A stretch of DNA of 63,327 bases, filler included, from Lenisia limosa (GCA_001655205.1; 7 parts of 7 records of this genome joined end to end with filler, not necessarily neighbours in it); one strand, 5' to 3'; shown: positions 12,001-26,323, counted from the whole stretch's first letter. Numbers and translations: made by a program. Notes: generated by a model from the letters alone, not told the origin.

Positions 12001-13171
12001 AAGAATCCCTCGAACCTGGACGAAGGGAGTGTGGGAGCAGGCCGCGATGATTTCGACTGTTGAGGTGGACACTGAACAGCCATCTGTTACAGCCAGTTGC
12101 AGGGTGTAGCTGGTAAGTTATTTCAAATGGGGGGGGGGGGGGNNNNNNNNNNNNNNNNNNNNNNNNNNNNNNNNNNNNNNNNNNNNNNNNNNNNNNNNNN
12201 NNNNNNNNNNNNNNAGTAATAATAACCCTTGAAAGAGTAAAATATTCCCATAATAATATATAGCAATGAGAAATAAAAAATAAGGTTGTATCTGGCCTAA
12301 GGCTTCCACATCATCACACTTATAAGAGATATTGAATTAGACTAACATTAATTCACAAAATCCTACAATCTATGCACACAGCTTTCTGCGTGCCTCATTC
12401 CAAAATAACCCTTGTGCATCATGCCTCTCAACTAACCTGGCGGCCATGGTGGGTTGGAAGTAGGTGTTAAGGGAGAAGGGGCGGGAAATACCAACATGCG
12501 CGTCGGTTATAGCGATTTTTTTTCCTGGGGGTTTCAACAGAGGTGGATTATAATGTTCAAAACAACAGAACTTAGCTTTTTGAATAAAAATAATAAAAAT
12601 GAAAACTCAAATTTTGATATTAAATCAATGACTCTCCACTTTCCCCCTGACCATCATGGGAAATGTCGATAACCCTCCACTCTACGGCTGTTGCAGGGTA
12701 ATCCCATTCGGACGTCAGAATACCCTTTAAGGTGATCATTTCGTTTTTTTTTGACAAGAAAAAAATACAAACTCGAAATCCAGGGAATAAATCAAAAGAT
12801 GATCATAATACCCTTAAAGGTGAGATGTTTGGAGAAGAAAAAAATTATCCCAGTAAAGACCAACAAACCATGATTGCAGTGAAGGAATATCCATCATTGA
12901 CGTAGTAAACAAAGGGATTCGCAGTAACGGCCTCGTACTAAAATATCAAACATTCACAGATGATACATTGTCGGATAAGTTGACAGAAGATGGATGAGAA
13001 ATTGCAAGAAGATAAACAGGATGAAAGCAGAAGATAAGCTGGATGAAGGAAGAAGATGAAAAGGGAGAATAAAAACCCTCTTTCGTACCCCCCCTTGTTT
13101 TCCGTCACTCCCATAATTACTTCCCCCCATACCTCAAATTTTCGGGGGCATTCAAGCACGACGTCAACAGC
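2..13171 (-). CDS. Giant multi-exon protein with tandem PKD/Ig-like beta-sandwich repeats, probably cell-surface (partial at both ends)
   Basis: Many GT-AG exons with consistent phases where checked. Repeated motifs: WTFESVPRDSVL..FTPDAPGSYILAVTAVRRC (~7530-6977), YTLQLAVTDGCSVSTSTVEIIAAC (~12110-12015), VPGNYTLKWTYTLSCG..VIIVTC (~3700-3190), NYT|VTLVATKDC (~6310-5870), GNYTMVITARSHCRTVSKIITIEAEC (2-92). N gaps hide some exons. Confidence 0.75.
5477..5575. mobile_element. hAT-type MITE, family A
   Basis: TIRs TAGGGCTTCACTT...AAGTGAAGCCCTT. Perfect 8-bp TSD GTAACAAG at 5469-5476 and 5576-5583. Confidence 0.85.
5705..5852. mobile_element. CACTA-ended MITE
   Basis: CACTACGGCGCATGACTTGGG ... 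CCCAAGTCGATGCGCCTTAGTG with TA on both sides. A related fragment GGCGCACCGACTTGGG lies at ~24820. Confidence 0.65.
6885..6975. mobile_element. hAT-type MITE, family A (rearranged copy abutting a splice donor)
   Basis: TAGGGTCAC...GGAACCGAAGTGAAACCCC...GAAGCCCTA. The minus-strand intron begins G+TAGGGCTTC at 6976. Confidence 0.6.
7563..7661. mobile_element. hAT-type MITE, family A
   Basis: TAGGGCTTCCCTACGGTCC...GGACCGTAGGAGAGCCCTT. Flanks TGTATAAG/TGTATTAA match at 6 of 8 positions. Confidence 0.75.
8902..8989. mobile_element. hAT-type MITE, family A
   Basis: TAGGGCTTCACTTCAG...CTGAAGGGAATCCGTA with internal ATCGAT/TCGAG motifs. No TSD is visible. Confidence 0.65.
9068..9167. mobile_element. 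hAT-type MITE, family A
   Basis: TAGGGCTTCAC...GTGAAGCTCTA. TSD CTAAATAT/TTAAATAT matches at 7 of 8 positions. Confidence 0.85.
9724..9794 (-). pseudogene. Degenerate tRNA-like or SINE-head sequence
   Basis: A-box-like CTCAGTGGAAGC and B-box GGTTCGATTCC. T-arm CTGGG/CCAAG pairs at 4 of 5 positions. The acceptor stem does not pair. Confidence 0.35.
9979..10534 (+). CDS. Hypothetical protein of ~135 aa, 4 exons, nested antisense (cargo of the TIR element)
   Basis: Exons 9979-10110, 10142-10259, 10307-10378 and 10449-10534 splice in frame without stops: MINLDQHVGRYTTWKDIPEPVKVAYLTAQCEKY...FPDSHRAFDRYKEVLSLDGKLIEENPSNYL...TCKAAWSFMETIEEGG..DD*. Confidence 0.6.
10988..11065. mobile_element. Tc1/mariner-type palindromic MITE, family D
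   Basis: TA|CAGCGACCAGGATAAGTCTTGACCGATTT...AAATTGGTCAAGAGTTATCCCAGTCACTG|TA. Confidence 0.8.
12261..12395 (-). repeat. Family C dispersed intronic repeat (~140 bp)
   Basis: ATGAGAAATAAAA..AAGG(A/T)TGTATCTGGCCGAAGCC..CCACA(C/T)CATCAC.CTTATAAGAGATATTG. Other copies at ~7930, 9195, 16345, 24870, 25432, 32185, 48540, 53045, 53470-53578 (reverse) and 53950. Confidence 0.8.
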
Positions 13172-13212
13172 TGAAAATGTGATTTTGTAAATATCAAAAT
13201 TGCCTCCGCAGC

Positions 13213-13312
13213 NNNNNNNNNNNNNNNNNNNNNNNNNNNNNNNNNNNNNNNNNNNNTTAATTAATTAANNNNNNNNNNNNNNNNNNNNNNNNNNNNNNNN
13301 NNNNNNNNNNNN
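13213..13312. other. Artificial scaffold linker
   Basis: N44-TTAATTAATTAA-N44, with stop codons in all six frames. Confidence 0.95.
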
Positions 13313-13497
13313 AAATAGAAGGAAGATGGGGCAGGGAAAAAATATTTCTATTACAATTTATAGATAGAATAATGATTTTTGCAGTAAAGTCTCTACTGAA
13401 ACTAGGATCATAGAGATCTGGTGGTTGACTGTACACAATGAGTTTGGACTGAGACATTTAATATTGCCTCAGATTTATCATCAAATCAAACAATCAT

Positions 13498-14551
13498 CTA
13501 ACAGAAGAAACACCCTCCTGCCTTCTTTGGGGTGGTATTAGGGAAGTCAACATGGTCTTTGAAAGGCGATTCTGCTCCACCGGGAGACACAACAGGTGCA
13601 ACAAGATCAATATGAACCTGGTGGGGGGGGGGGGANNNNNNNNNNNNNNNNNNNNNNNNNNNNNNNNNNNNNNNNNNNNNNNNNNNNNNNNNNNNNNNNN
13701 NNNNNNNNNNNNNNNNNNNNNNNNNNNNNNNNNNNNNNNNNNNNNNNNNNNNNNNNNNNNNNNNNNNNNNNNNNNNNNNNNNNTCTTAATCATGTTAATG
13801 AAAATATCAATAAGTATTGTATTGCGAAAAAAAAAAAATTGGGCAAATATTGGACCACCCTAGCCACCCCCCCCCACACAAAATAAAAGCTGTAAGAATA
13901 ATTAATAGAATCAGCCATAATTCTGAGAAATCCTCTCAGCCTACCCTAGATACGCACTCCAAGTTGGGATCTTCCTCCGCAGGGAGCAAAGGGCCAGGAG
14001 GCCGGGCGGCAAGAGTGCCTTGTGGTTTCGGGGGCGCTGGAGAAGATAATGGTGATAAGTGGGAGGCTTTCAAGAGAAAAGGGTATTTATTACATTCTCA
14101 CCTTGTAACGGCTGCTCAGTATTGGCAGAAGAAAGGCAAGGTTTCGGAATATAGGCCTGTTGGGTCAAAATCGCGTCCTAATGAATGACGACAATATTTC
14201 CAGAAAATTTCAATTCCTTTTGCATCAACAAGTGGGTGACATTTTGAGTTTAGTAATGAACCAAAACGGCTGTTTTCAACATATTTCTTCGAATGCCGAG
14301 TAGAATATTGCCTTCATAGAAACCGATTCATCCCAATATGCCCATCTTCAAAAGCTAACCTGCTGCCCGTGCCTGTCCTGTTGGCGTGATGGCGTGCGAC
14401 ACACACTTGGCGGTTGTGGCGAAGCATGGTACTCCTGGGGCTGCGGCCTGGAACGGACTGGAGACTGCGACTTTCTTTGGATGATGGCTGAGCGCTGAGG
14501 GGAATGCTGATGGGTGAACAAAAGTGGGTAGACAAATACGGTTGAGCACAT
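13498..14551 (-). CDS. Hypothetical P/Q/S-rich protein, 3' exons
   Basis: Phase-consistent exons DAILTQQAYIPKP..QPLQ|APPKPQGTLAARPPGPLLPAEEDPNLECVSR|VHIDLVAPVVSPGG..KKAGGCFFC*. The upstream part is uncertain and may join the ORF at 15696. Confidence 0.5.
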
Positions 14552-14608
14552 ATGGCTGAGCAGATATGGTTGAACATGGGTGAGCGAAAATGGGTGAGTA
14601 TATACATA

Positions 14609-14997
14609 TGCTCGAGGTCCTAAACTATGTCGTTAATTCGAATTATTGTCGTTAATTCAATTTTCTGTGACTGTCTCTTTCTCATGTTACGGTCAACTTC
14701 ACAACAATTTAACTCGTAAAAAAGGACATATGAGAAGAATGCGAGCGCGCATAAACTGAAAAAAAATTGCCTAGCGTGGCGCTAAAAAAATTAAATTTCC
14801 ACGATAAAGTGCTGATTTTGCAAAAAAAAAAGAAAAATTTTGAAAGGTTATATTTTTCTTTGTTTTCCTTCATAAACAAATTAAGTGTGTATATCTCAGA
14901 AATATAGTACTATTTTGAAGGGGAATAGCTGATTTGGCGACCGTAAATGATTAACGACATGAATTCGAAATAACGACATAATTTTGGACCTTGAGCA
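14609..14997. mobile_element. ~390-bp MITE with ~50-bp TIRs
   Basis: TGCTCGAGGTCCTAAACTATGTCGTTAATTCGAATTATTGTCGTTAAT matches the reverse complement of ATTAACGACATGAATTCGAAATAACGACATAATTTTGGACCTTGAGCA. TA flanks both ends. Confidence 0.75.
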
Positions 14998-15389
14998 TAA
15001 TGTTTAGCAAAAGTGACCAGTCTTTTTGTTGGTGTATTTTGAAATGGGTACGCACAAATACCACACAGTAAATAGCTAAGTGTGTCTGGGAAAGTTCACA
15101 AAAGTGGTTTGGGAATTATATATAACACTAAAACTAAGAGATGCAAAGAAGATACACACGGTGGAGTTGGGGTGGAGGTGTAGAAAGTAGAAAGATAATT
15201 GAGAATCAACAACTTGTTTGCGAGGAAACAAGTTTTTTGTTCATTTAGAGGAAACCCCTCACAAAAGACTTTAGAATTTCAGAATTCACTTTCTCTGGGA
15301 CAATATAACCATATAATGTACCATCAATTCGAATGTCCAAAATAGAACAAAAACGTGGATTCCAAAAGAAAACAGTTATTGATCAACGC

Positions 15390-15696
15390 TCACGAAATTG
15401 GCTGGTTGGCGGGGGGGTTCTGCTGGAAGCTGGGAATGGCCGCCTTATAGTGTAAGTTTAGTAAATATGAATCATTTAGAAGGGGAGAAGGGGGCCAGTA
15501 AAGGAAGTAAGAAGAGCAAAAGGCGCCAACCGTATTGTCCGACCGCTATAGCTCCGTCTTTTCCAAACACTTTCACTGTTACTGGTGCTGAGCGCTTCTT
15601 GCTCTCATCAAGATGGGAGACGATGCGAACGGAGTGACGAGATGATGAAGACCCCAGGGTAGAGGCATCGCCTTTTTGTCTCCGCTTCGAAAACAT
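15390..15696 (-). CDS. Hypothetical protein, 5' exons
   Basis: ATG-initiated ORF MFSKRRQKGDASTLGSSSSRHSVRIVSHLDESKK..GQY, then a phase-1 exon GGHSQLPAEPPRQPANF ending at a GTGAG donor. Confidence 0.35.
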
Positions 15697-15992
15697 TGTT
15701 AACTTTACTGATAACTCCTTAAACCATGCTCAAATCTTCATTAAGGTCAGTTTTTTTGATTTTCAATTTTTGTTAAATATGCGCGTGTACGTGGCGTATT
15801 TTGATGGTACAACATTTAAGTTTGTAGGACCAAGGCCTGAATGTAACAGGGGTGGAAACAACAGGGTCACCCCATTGCCACCCAGTTACTCACTTTACCT
15901 TGACATAAATAAATTATATCCGTATAGTCAAAGTAGGATTACATGTTTCAACAAAACAACACAACAGCAAACAATTAATAAAATACACATCA

Positions 15993-17735
15993 CTAGCCTC
16001 GCATGACGACAGAAGGGTGGAACGATATAAGGAAGGTTGTTCTCCACGGTGTGTCTTCATTCACAATATGAGCAGACACTTTAGCAGGCTACACAATATT
16101 AGTTATCAACAACAATCTAAGGGGACAATATCACCCTGTAATAAAAGTTGTTCGAGTTTCCCTATTAATCCACCACAGATATCAATATTCTCCCCAGTCA
16201 GGCAGCACTTACCATTCCAGCTGCCTCCAGACAAGCTTCCACGATACCTTCGGGATTAAACGGGTTTAAACAGGGCAGTGAAAATGAGCTACAATAACAC
16301 AAAACAATATTCTGTATTATACTGACAGTATACGTAGAGATGCGAATTAAAAATAAATGCTATTTGGCCGAGGTTGTCCACATCATCATGCTTATAAGAG
16401 ATATTGGGTTATTGTATAACACTTATTCACCCAAGTAGAAGTGAATTACCAAAAAAGAGAGTAGCTGTCACCTACCAGCAGTGAATGAAGCAGGATTAGC
16501 ACCAATGTCTCTTGGCGATTTCGGGCTGAACCCAGCCCACTCAAGAGGTGCAGAATCCACGATCATGACTGAGGAGTGAGATCAAAATGAACAACATGAG
16601 TTTTCTAATTTAACCACGAAAAAAGCCGAACTAAACTTGCAAGAAACGACAAACTATTTGATAGGAGAAGCTATACGAAGGAAGTAATAGAACAAAGGTG
16701 AGCTCCCATACAAAGGCTTCCAACGTGGATTATCAAGAACCACAGCGACCCTCAGTATACATTCGTTATCTTTGTCTGTGCTCTTTTCAAGTTGGTCCGC
16801 CTGGCGCCCGAAAATGGACTTCCATATTGTCGATGTCATCAACATCAGAAACTGGACATTGGTTAATTTTGCCAGAGGGTGTGCTTACATCCCCAAGATA
16901 GATATTGGTTTGTCATATTACATAAAACAATTCATCTGGTGATACACGCTGTGCTGCAAACACATGATTGGTATCAATATCCCTGATAAACATGACCGTC
17001 TGCCTGATTCTTGATTTCTCATTTAGAACAAGACTAATATTGCCCAGAAAACTATTAAATAAGAAATAGTGGTGTTGAAACGTGGGTTCATATTCCCAGA
17101 ACCATGGCATCACTAAAGCAGGTTTGAAACCAAACAACGAAATATACTTTCAATTTTTCATAAGTATCAGAAAAATGTGATATTACAATTACAAAAGTGA
17201 GGGAAAGAGGCTAGCATACCTGAACCGGTTTTGTCTCCCTTCTTGGCATTTTCTCTCTCCAACAGGTAACGTGATAGAGACGAACTCCAACATCATAGCC
17301 TAATTTGTGCAACCTGCAGTTGTTATGGGGTTAGCCCTAAGTTCAATAATAGTTGATACAACAGAAGAAGCGAAACAAAATGCATAAAAGGGGTAACAAC
17401 ACGAGATATCAACTCCTTTCCAAACCTCATACCTTTCTTCGACTTCATTAACCCTCTGTGACTTCCTCATTGAGTAGCGATAGGCCTCAGCAAAGAGGAA
17501 AGAAAATGCCGACTTCGACACCTGAAGCGTCACTGGGGAGGCAGAAGCGGACTCTCAATCCTCAATACACACAGACACTCCTTTCAGCAACACAATCCTT
17601 CAAAACGGGGAAAGCAGTTTAAGCCGGTGAAAGGACCATCATTTGAACAAGCAAACCACATACTACCTCTCCTTTTGACTTTGGGATCTGGAGATCAAGG
17701 TTCTCCGTCATTTTATTGCGTTGTCGACCGCTCAT
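15993..17735 (-). CDS. TRAPPC5: TRAPP complex subunit 5 (Trs31)
   Basis: Complete 7-exon model: ..GEVSKSAFSFLFAEAYRY..ERLHKLGYDVGVRLY..REKMPRRETK..TIWKSIFGRQADQLEKS..NPASFTAGIVEACLEAAGMPAKVSAH..TTFLISF*. This matches the TRAPPC5 family motifs. Confidence 0.9.
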
Positions 17736-18012
17736 TATGAGCCTTGATCAGGGGAAGAAGAGGGGTTGACTGGGTAGGGATCAATAAAACTTGTTTTATT
17801 ATTGTAAATGGATAATATGGGCAACAGGAGACGACCAGAAGAATGCACTACCGCTGGGGAGGAAACGGAAATGCTACAATTGTGCGTTGATCGACCTTTT
17901 GATGTTGATTATTTTAATATCTCTCTAAATATATAATAATTAAGGGTTAGTTTTGAGTTTTTGAGAGTTTTTTTTTCAAAAAACGTTTAAAATGACGGCT
18001 CGGATGGTATAT

Positions 18013-18018
18013 CACGTG
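18013..18018. promoter_or_regulatory. E-box (TCACGTGA palindrome) in a probable divergent promoter
   Basis: CACGTG lies between the TRAPPC5 start (minus strand) and plus-strand exons leading toward SELO. Confidence 0.3.
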
Positions 18019-18214
18019 ATTTTTTGGCTTTTTACGGTTCTCCCAAAGCTTTCCTTGAAGGTTTTACCATATTAGAGGATTAATAATTTTATACACAAGT
18101 ACAATATAGCAGCGCTTAGTAAGGTTAAAAGGCACAGTCTTGAGCAACATATCATTCAACTCACATCGTATTCGTCATCCAAATCATCATCTTTCTCAAG
18201 TGGGATTGTTAGCT

Positions 18215-18782
18215 AAGCCGTTTACTTTGGCAATCAATATGAAAGCATGATTGCACACCGTGTTTTAAACTTAGTTCCAAGTCAGTGTAAATTCCGTATT
18301 TTAGGTAAGCATTGCTGTCGCCATGTTGAATGATGGTGGAAGGATGACTGACACACATTCTTGACGATCTAGGCCAGCTTCGAACCATGGCATCACAGTC
18401 TTCATGGGTCAAGGTTGGTCTTTTAAATGTTGATGGAGTTTCTCACTTTACTGTTCGGGAAAGGGATTATTAATTAAATTCGATGCTCATAGGCTTTACT
18501 CATTTTGCTTCAGATATCAATTTGGGGCTTAGACATACAGGCAATCACCACATACTTGTAGTATTATATGTGATATACTACAAGTATGTGGATGTTCTTC
18601 TTTCCAAGAGTAACAGACTGCATATTTGTATTTTCACATTAATTTGTTCAGTCGTTCGCCGACCGTCTTGAGACCCCAGCTCTTGATATGCTGGAAATCG
18701 ACAGATCTTATAACGCTGAACAACGCACTGTCGAAAGTTGGTCAAGTGCTTTTTTTCAGAAAACGATTCTTCAATACTCATA
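18215..18782 (+). CDS. Putative exons upstream of SELO (N-terminal extension or separate gene)
   Basis: Phase-consistent exons AVYFGNQYESMIAHRVLNLVPSQCKFRIL|GQLRTMASQSSWVK|...SFADRLETPALDMLEIDRSYN. No family recognised. Confidence 0.35.
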
Positions 18783-18983
18783 GTTCATTAATATTACAAA
18801 ATATATTGGTAGTTGACATACTGATATTCTAATCAATTGCCCCTGCAACTTCGGAATCGAGTGTTTTGTTGTAATTTTGTACAGATGGTGTGGGTATCCA
18901 TGGTACAGCATTGTGAGAGAAAATGACTGTTGACCTTTTTTTGTTTACGGTCTTCACAAAGTACTTCTGTTAATATTTTTTAG

Positions 18984-22255
<3,272 letters not shown>

Positions 22256-22313
22256 GTATGTATTTTTACAGCATAGACACACCCTCTAGTGAAGCGACTG
22301 GCCTGGGCTTTGT

Positions 22314-22413
22314 NNNNNNNNNNNNNNNNNNNNNNNNNNNNNNNNNNNNNNNNNNNNTTAATTAATTAANNNNNNNNNNNNNNNNNNNNNNNNNNNNNNN
22401 NNNNNNNNNNNNN
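22314..22413. other. Artificial scaffold linker
   Basis: N44-TTAATTAATTAA-N44. Confidence 0.95.
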
Positions 22414-22513
22414 GAAGATCCCCCCCCCCCACGGTTAGACAAGATTAGAATTGATTTGGGCTTTTTTGTTTCACAAATTTTCAAATTTTACTCCCCCCCT
22501 ACTAACCACATAG

Positions 22514-24726
22514 ACAAGAAGACAGAGTCGAAGTTTGACGCGTTGGACATGGACCTGACCAAACCCCTGGATGCCGGTGAAATGACTCTTCCGACTATCA
22601 CTTCGAGGTTGGAGGATGGTATGGGTAGGGCTTCATTTCGGTTCGAAAAATGTCGGTAGAATATCGATAATTTTCGAGAAATTGTCTTTTTTCGAACCGA
22701 GTGGAGCCCGAGTAGTATATGGTATATTACTTCTACTTTGGGGGTCAGTATCAGCCCTCCTCGCGATGCTGTTTTTTTTTGTGATCAACCGTCGTGTGTT
22801 GTCAGCCAACAGAGTTGATTTTGAGCTGTTTTGTTTCATATATTTTCCAATTGTACTCCGCGAAAACAACGAATGCCAGCTGATTGTACAGATACGAGGA
22901 CTCCGTGGCCCAGAGGAAGGCCGAGAAAGAGGAGAAGTCCACAAGGAGGCAGAAGAAATCACGTGACGAGAAGAAGTCCAAAGATGGTTGGTTCCTGTTT
23001 TTTCGAAGCATTGAGCTGATGAGATAATATGCGGATGATATGGCGAATTTGTATCGGCCCTTTTTTATTATTATTAGAACTGCAGTGCAGATCTGGACTC
23101 ATTACCACAACCATATTTACTTATTCCTCAAAACCATCATCATCATCATCATAACCCCCTCCCCCTAGAGCCTCGTAAGTCAAGACATCATCGCTCCGAT
23201 AAGGACAAGAAGGAGAAGAAGGAGAAGCAGGAGAAGAAGGAAGTGGGAGAGGAGAAGCCAGAGAGGAAACATCGCCATCGTTCAAAGAGCTCTAAGGAGG
23301 ACAAGAAGGAAGGCAAGAAGGAGAAAGAAGAGCTGTCTAAAGAGGAAAAGAAGGAGAAGAAGGAGCGGTCATCAAGAAGGAAGCACAGCAAGAAGAAGAT
23401 AGAAGAGACCGAGGAAGTTGTTGAAATCAAGGATGACGTAGCAATTGAGGAGGAAACAGGATTTGTAAGCATTCCTAACGATCAGCCTGCCGCTTCACCT
23501 GACCAAATCGATGAAAAGGAAGAGAAGAGTGGGGATGAGAAGGAGGAGATGGAAGAAGTTGAGAAGGAGGAGATGGAAGCTATGAAGCAAGAAGAGGAGA
23601 AGCAAGAAGAGGAACAAGAAGAGAAGGAAGAGGAAGAGGAAGAGCCCAAGCCAACCATGGTCATGGCCCCAATGGACGACCTTGACGGTCCTGATTCTGA
23701 CGAAGAACCCGAGCAGATTACGGAGCCGGCCGAGCCTTCTCCCGAGCCCTCGCCCTCCCCAGGTAGGGCGGTTCTTTGGTTTCTGGAGGAGTGGTGGATG
23801 GTTTCTGAAGGAGTGGTGGATGGGAATCCCCCACCGCCACCCTCTGTGACCTGGGCTGTTTGTTTTGTTGTTCTCAACCCTCGTGTGTTTTCTGCCAACA
23901 GAGTTGATTCTGGACTCTTTTTTTTTGTTTCATAAATTTCCAGTATGATTACTCACCCTCCTCTCAGTTTTGTTTTGTTGTTCTCAACCCTCAGGCGGGT
24001 CGAGATGATTTATGGCATTTTTAATATTTTTCGATTTTACCCCCTCCCAGAAACCGAAGAAGCGGAAGAGGAAGCCCAGGCCGGGGACGAGAAGGACGAG
24101 GATGACACCCGGGAGAAGTCGCGTAGCCGCCGCCGCAAGAAGTCCAAGAAACCGCTGCTGGAGCCGGTTGTCATGACGTCAGAAGAGTTTGGCGATGCGG
24201 TCGCGAAGCTGGATAAAATGGCGACGGCGGTTCTCAACCACCCGGACCGAAGTGCTTCGGAAGAGATTTCGGCGCTGTGTTCGCGGGTCGGCCTAGGCCT
24301 TGTTGAAGTTATTGAAGCGCAGAACGCGGCGGCGCTTGTCGGTGTGCGTCACGGCAAAACCGTGGCTGTATTGGGTTGGGGGGGGGGGGNNNNNNNNNNN
24401 NNNNNNNNNNNNNNNNNNNNNNNNNNNNNNNNNNNNNNNNNNNNNNNNNNNNNNNNNNNNNNNNNNNNNNNNNNNNNNNNNNNNNNNNNNNNNNNNNNNN
24501 NNNNNNNNNNNNNNNNNNNNNNNNNNNNNNNNNNNNNNNNNNNNNNNNNNNNNNNNNNNNNNNNNNNNNNNNNNACCTTCACGCCAATATTCTTCATGGA
24601 AATTTCCTTCGTTTTACCCCCCTCCCAGCCAAGGCCACATCAAGCACCAGCACATCAGTGACGGTCAAGGCCAAATCCACCGATCTTGCTCAACGTGTCA
24701 TTGAGGCAGCTGAGCTTTCCCTCTAG
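22514..24726 (+). CDS. AP3D1: AP-3 complex subunit delta, C-terminal part
   Basis: FDALDMDLTKPLDAGEMTLP (cf. ALDIDLDKPL), followed by a K/E-rich hinge and a C-terminal domain ..LCSRVGLGLVEVIE..AALVG..VAVL..TSVTVKAKSTDLAQRVIE*. Confidence 0.7.
22626..22711. mobile_element. hAT-type MITE, family A
   Basis: TAGGGCTTCATTTCGGTTCGAAAAA...TTTTTTCGAACCGAGTGGAGCCCGA. Confidence 0.75.
23849..24048 (+). repeat. Family B intronic repeat, two tandem copies ending at the AP3D1 acceptor
   Basis: CCTGGGCT..TTGTTCTCAACCCTCGTGTG..GCCAACAGAGTTGATT..TTTGTTTCATAAATTTCCA. The second copy runs into TTTTACCCCCTCCCAG|exon. Confidence 0.8.
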
Positions 24727-25173
24727 TTTTGTTTGTTTCTTGAAGGGGAATCGAATACATTCCTCAGTTCATCTTTTCTGGATATGAAAATTCTGAAATA
24801 TAACGGGAAGCCATCTGCGGCGCACCGACTTGGGATTCTCATTGAGTGCAGATGCATATGATATATAATTGCAATGAGAAATAAAACAAGGATTTGGCAG
24901 AAGCCGTCCACGCCATCTCAAAATTAATAATCACTTGATACCCATGACACTCGGCACCAATTTCCCTTCATGACCTCAGAACCTCTGCAGTGATAAATAG
25001 AGAATCCCTTTGGTTGGCAAACAGAAAGCACAGATTTGTAAAGCAAAGGAAGGGTGAAGATTCGCGTGATTGAATATTTATGAAGAAGAAGGTATAAATA
25101 CTCCATGGCTCAACTATTACAGTAAAATGAATCAAAATGTAGAAAACCATATGAAAAAAATTGTGTACAAAAA

Positions 25174-26001
25174 CTAGTCCAAATCCATGTCGTCATCATC
25201 AGGAGAACGGGGCGGTACTAAAAAGTGAATGCAGCTATCAAAGCTATCGGAGTTGTGTTGTATGTAGAAATGAGAGATTATGATATTGATAGCTAGCTAC
25301 ATAGTATCATATAATACATTATATAAATGTATGTAGTAGTATATCATACGGTGACTAGGATAAGTCTTGACCGATTTGCTCAATGATTTCCCAAGGAAAA
25401 TCGGTCAAGACTTATCTCGGTTAATACTATAAATGAGAAATAAAAAACAAGGATGTATATGGCCGAAGCCGTCCACACCTTTACGCTTATAAGATTCATC
25501 CAATTTCTCTTGGGGGGTGGGGGGAGTAATATACCGTTTTTTAATTAATAAACAAGGGGGGAGGTTAGTATCAGATAAACCGAAGCATTTTATCTGATAT
25601 GATATATTTAAGGCCTCTCTACGGTCAGAAAAAGACCGGTGAAATATGGATATATCGAGTATGTTAGGCTGAAGGCACCCCCCACCATGACGATTTTGCT
25701 GATGTTGCCCCGGCTGATGATGGTGATGCGAGTGGGAGTGGTAGTGTGATGGCGGGGGGCCTTGGCGCTGAGTTTGGCCGTGATAATGACTTTGGGGCTG
25801 ATTGCTTTGCTGGTTGAACCTCTGCTGTTGGTTTTGGTTGTGGGGATGGTGATGTTGTTGATTATGGGAGTGATGTTGTGGGTGCGAATGATGGTGTTGA
25901 TGTTGTTGATGCGAATGATGATAGTGCTGGTTGTGCTGATTTTGCTGGTTGAATTGATAGGAGCTGTGCGGGGGAGGTGGCCTTCTTTGCTGCTGCTGCA
26001 C
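25174..26001 (-). CDS. Q/H/N-rich low-complexity protein, last two exons
   Basis: VQQQQRRPPPPHSSYQFNQQNQHNQHYHHSHQQ...QNRH|VPPRSPDDDDMDLD*; the splice phase is consistent. Confidence 0.65.
25349..25426. mobile_element. Tc1/mariner-type MITE, family D
   Basis: GGTGACTAGGATAAGTCTTGACCGATTT...AAAATCGGTCAAGACTTATCTCGG. Confidence 0.7.
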
Positions 26002-26075
26002 CTATAGGGTCAAAAAAGGGAAGTTCAAGCAATACAATTGTACATATGCATAAGATAGGAGGATTCAGAGCTACG

Positions 26076-26175
26076 NNNNNNNNNNNNNNNNNNNNNNNNN
26101 NNNNNNNNNNNNNNNNNNNTTAATTAATTAANNNNNNNNNNNNNNNNNNNNNNNNNNNNNNNNNNNNNNNNNNNN
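26076..26175. other. Artificial scaffold linker
   Basis: N44-TTAATTAATTAA-N44. Confidence 0.95.
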
Positions 26176-26194
26176 CGCTCGATCACCCAAAAAA

Positions 26195-26323
26195 AATTTG
26201 GAAAAATTATGAAACAAAAAAGCGCAAAAATCAACTCTGATGGCTAACAACACACGATAGTTGAGAACAAAAAAACAAAAACAAAGAAAGCCCAGGCCAG
26301 TCGCTTCCGCAGCACCGCATCCC
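26195..26323 (-). repeat. Family B repeat, most complete copy
   Basis: Minus strand reads GGGATGCGGTGCTGCGGAAGCGACTGGCCTGGGCTTT..TTGTTCTCAACTATCGTGTGTTGTTAGCCATCAGAGTTGATTTTTGCGCTTTTTTGTTTCATAATTTTTCCAAA. Confidence 0.8.

Noticed and set aside
16913-17137. 74-aa ORF inside a TRAPPC5 intron
   Set aside because: TRAPPC5 splices in frame without it, and it has no recognisable motif.
23188-24237. Ser/Phe-rich minus-strand ORFs
   Set aside because: They are antisense shadows of the K/E-rich AP3D1 hinge.
25762-26007. Hydrophobic V/L/M-rich plus-strand ORF
   Set aside because: It is the antisense shadow of the Q/H-rich exon.
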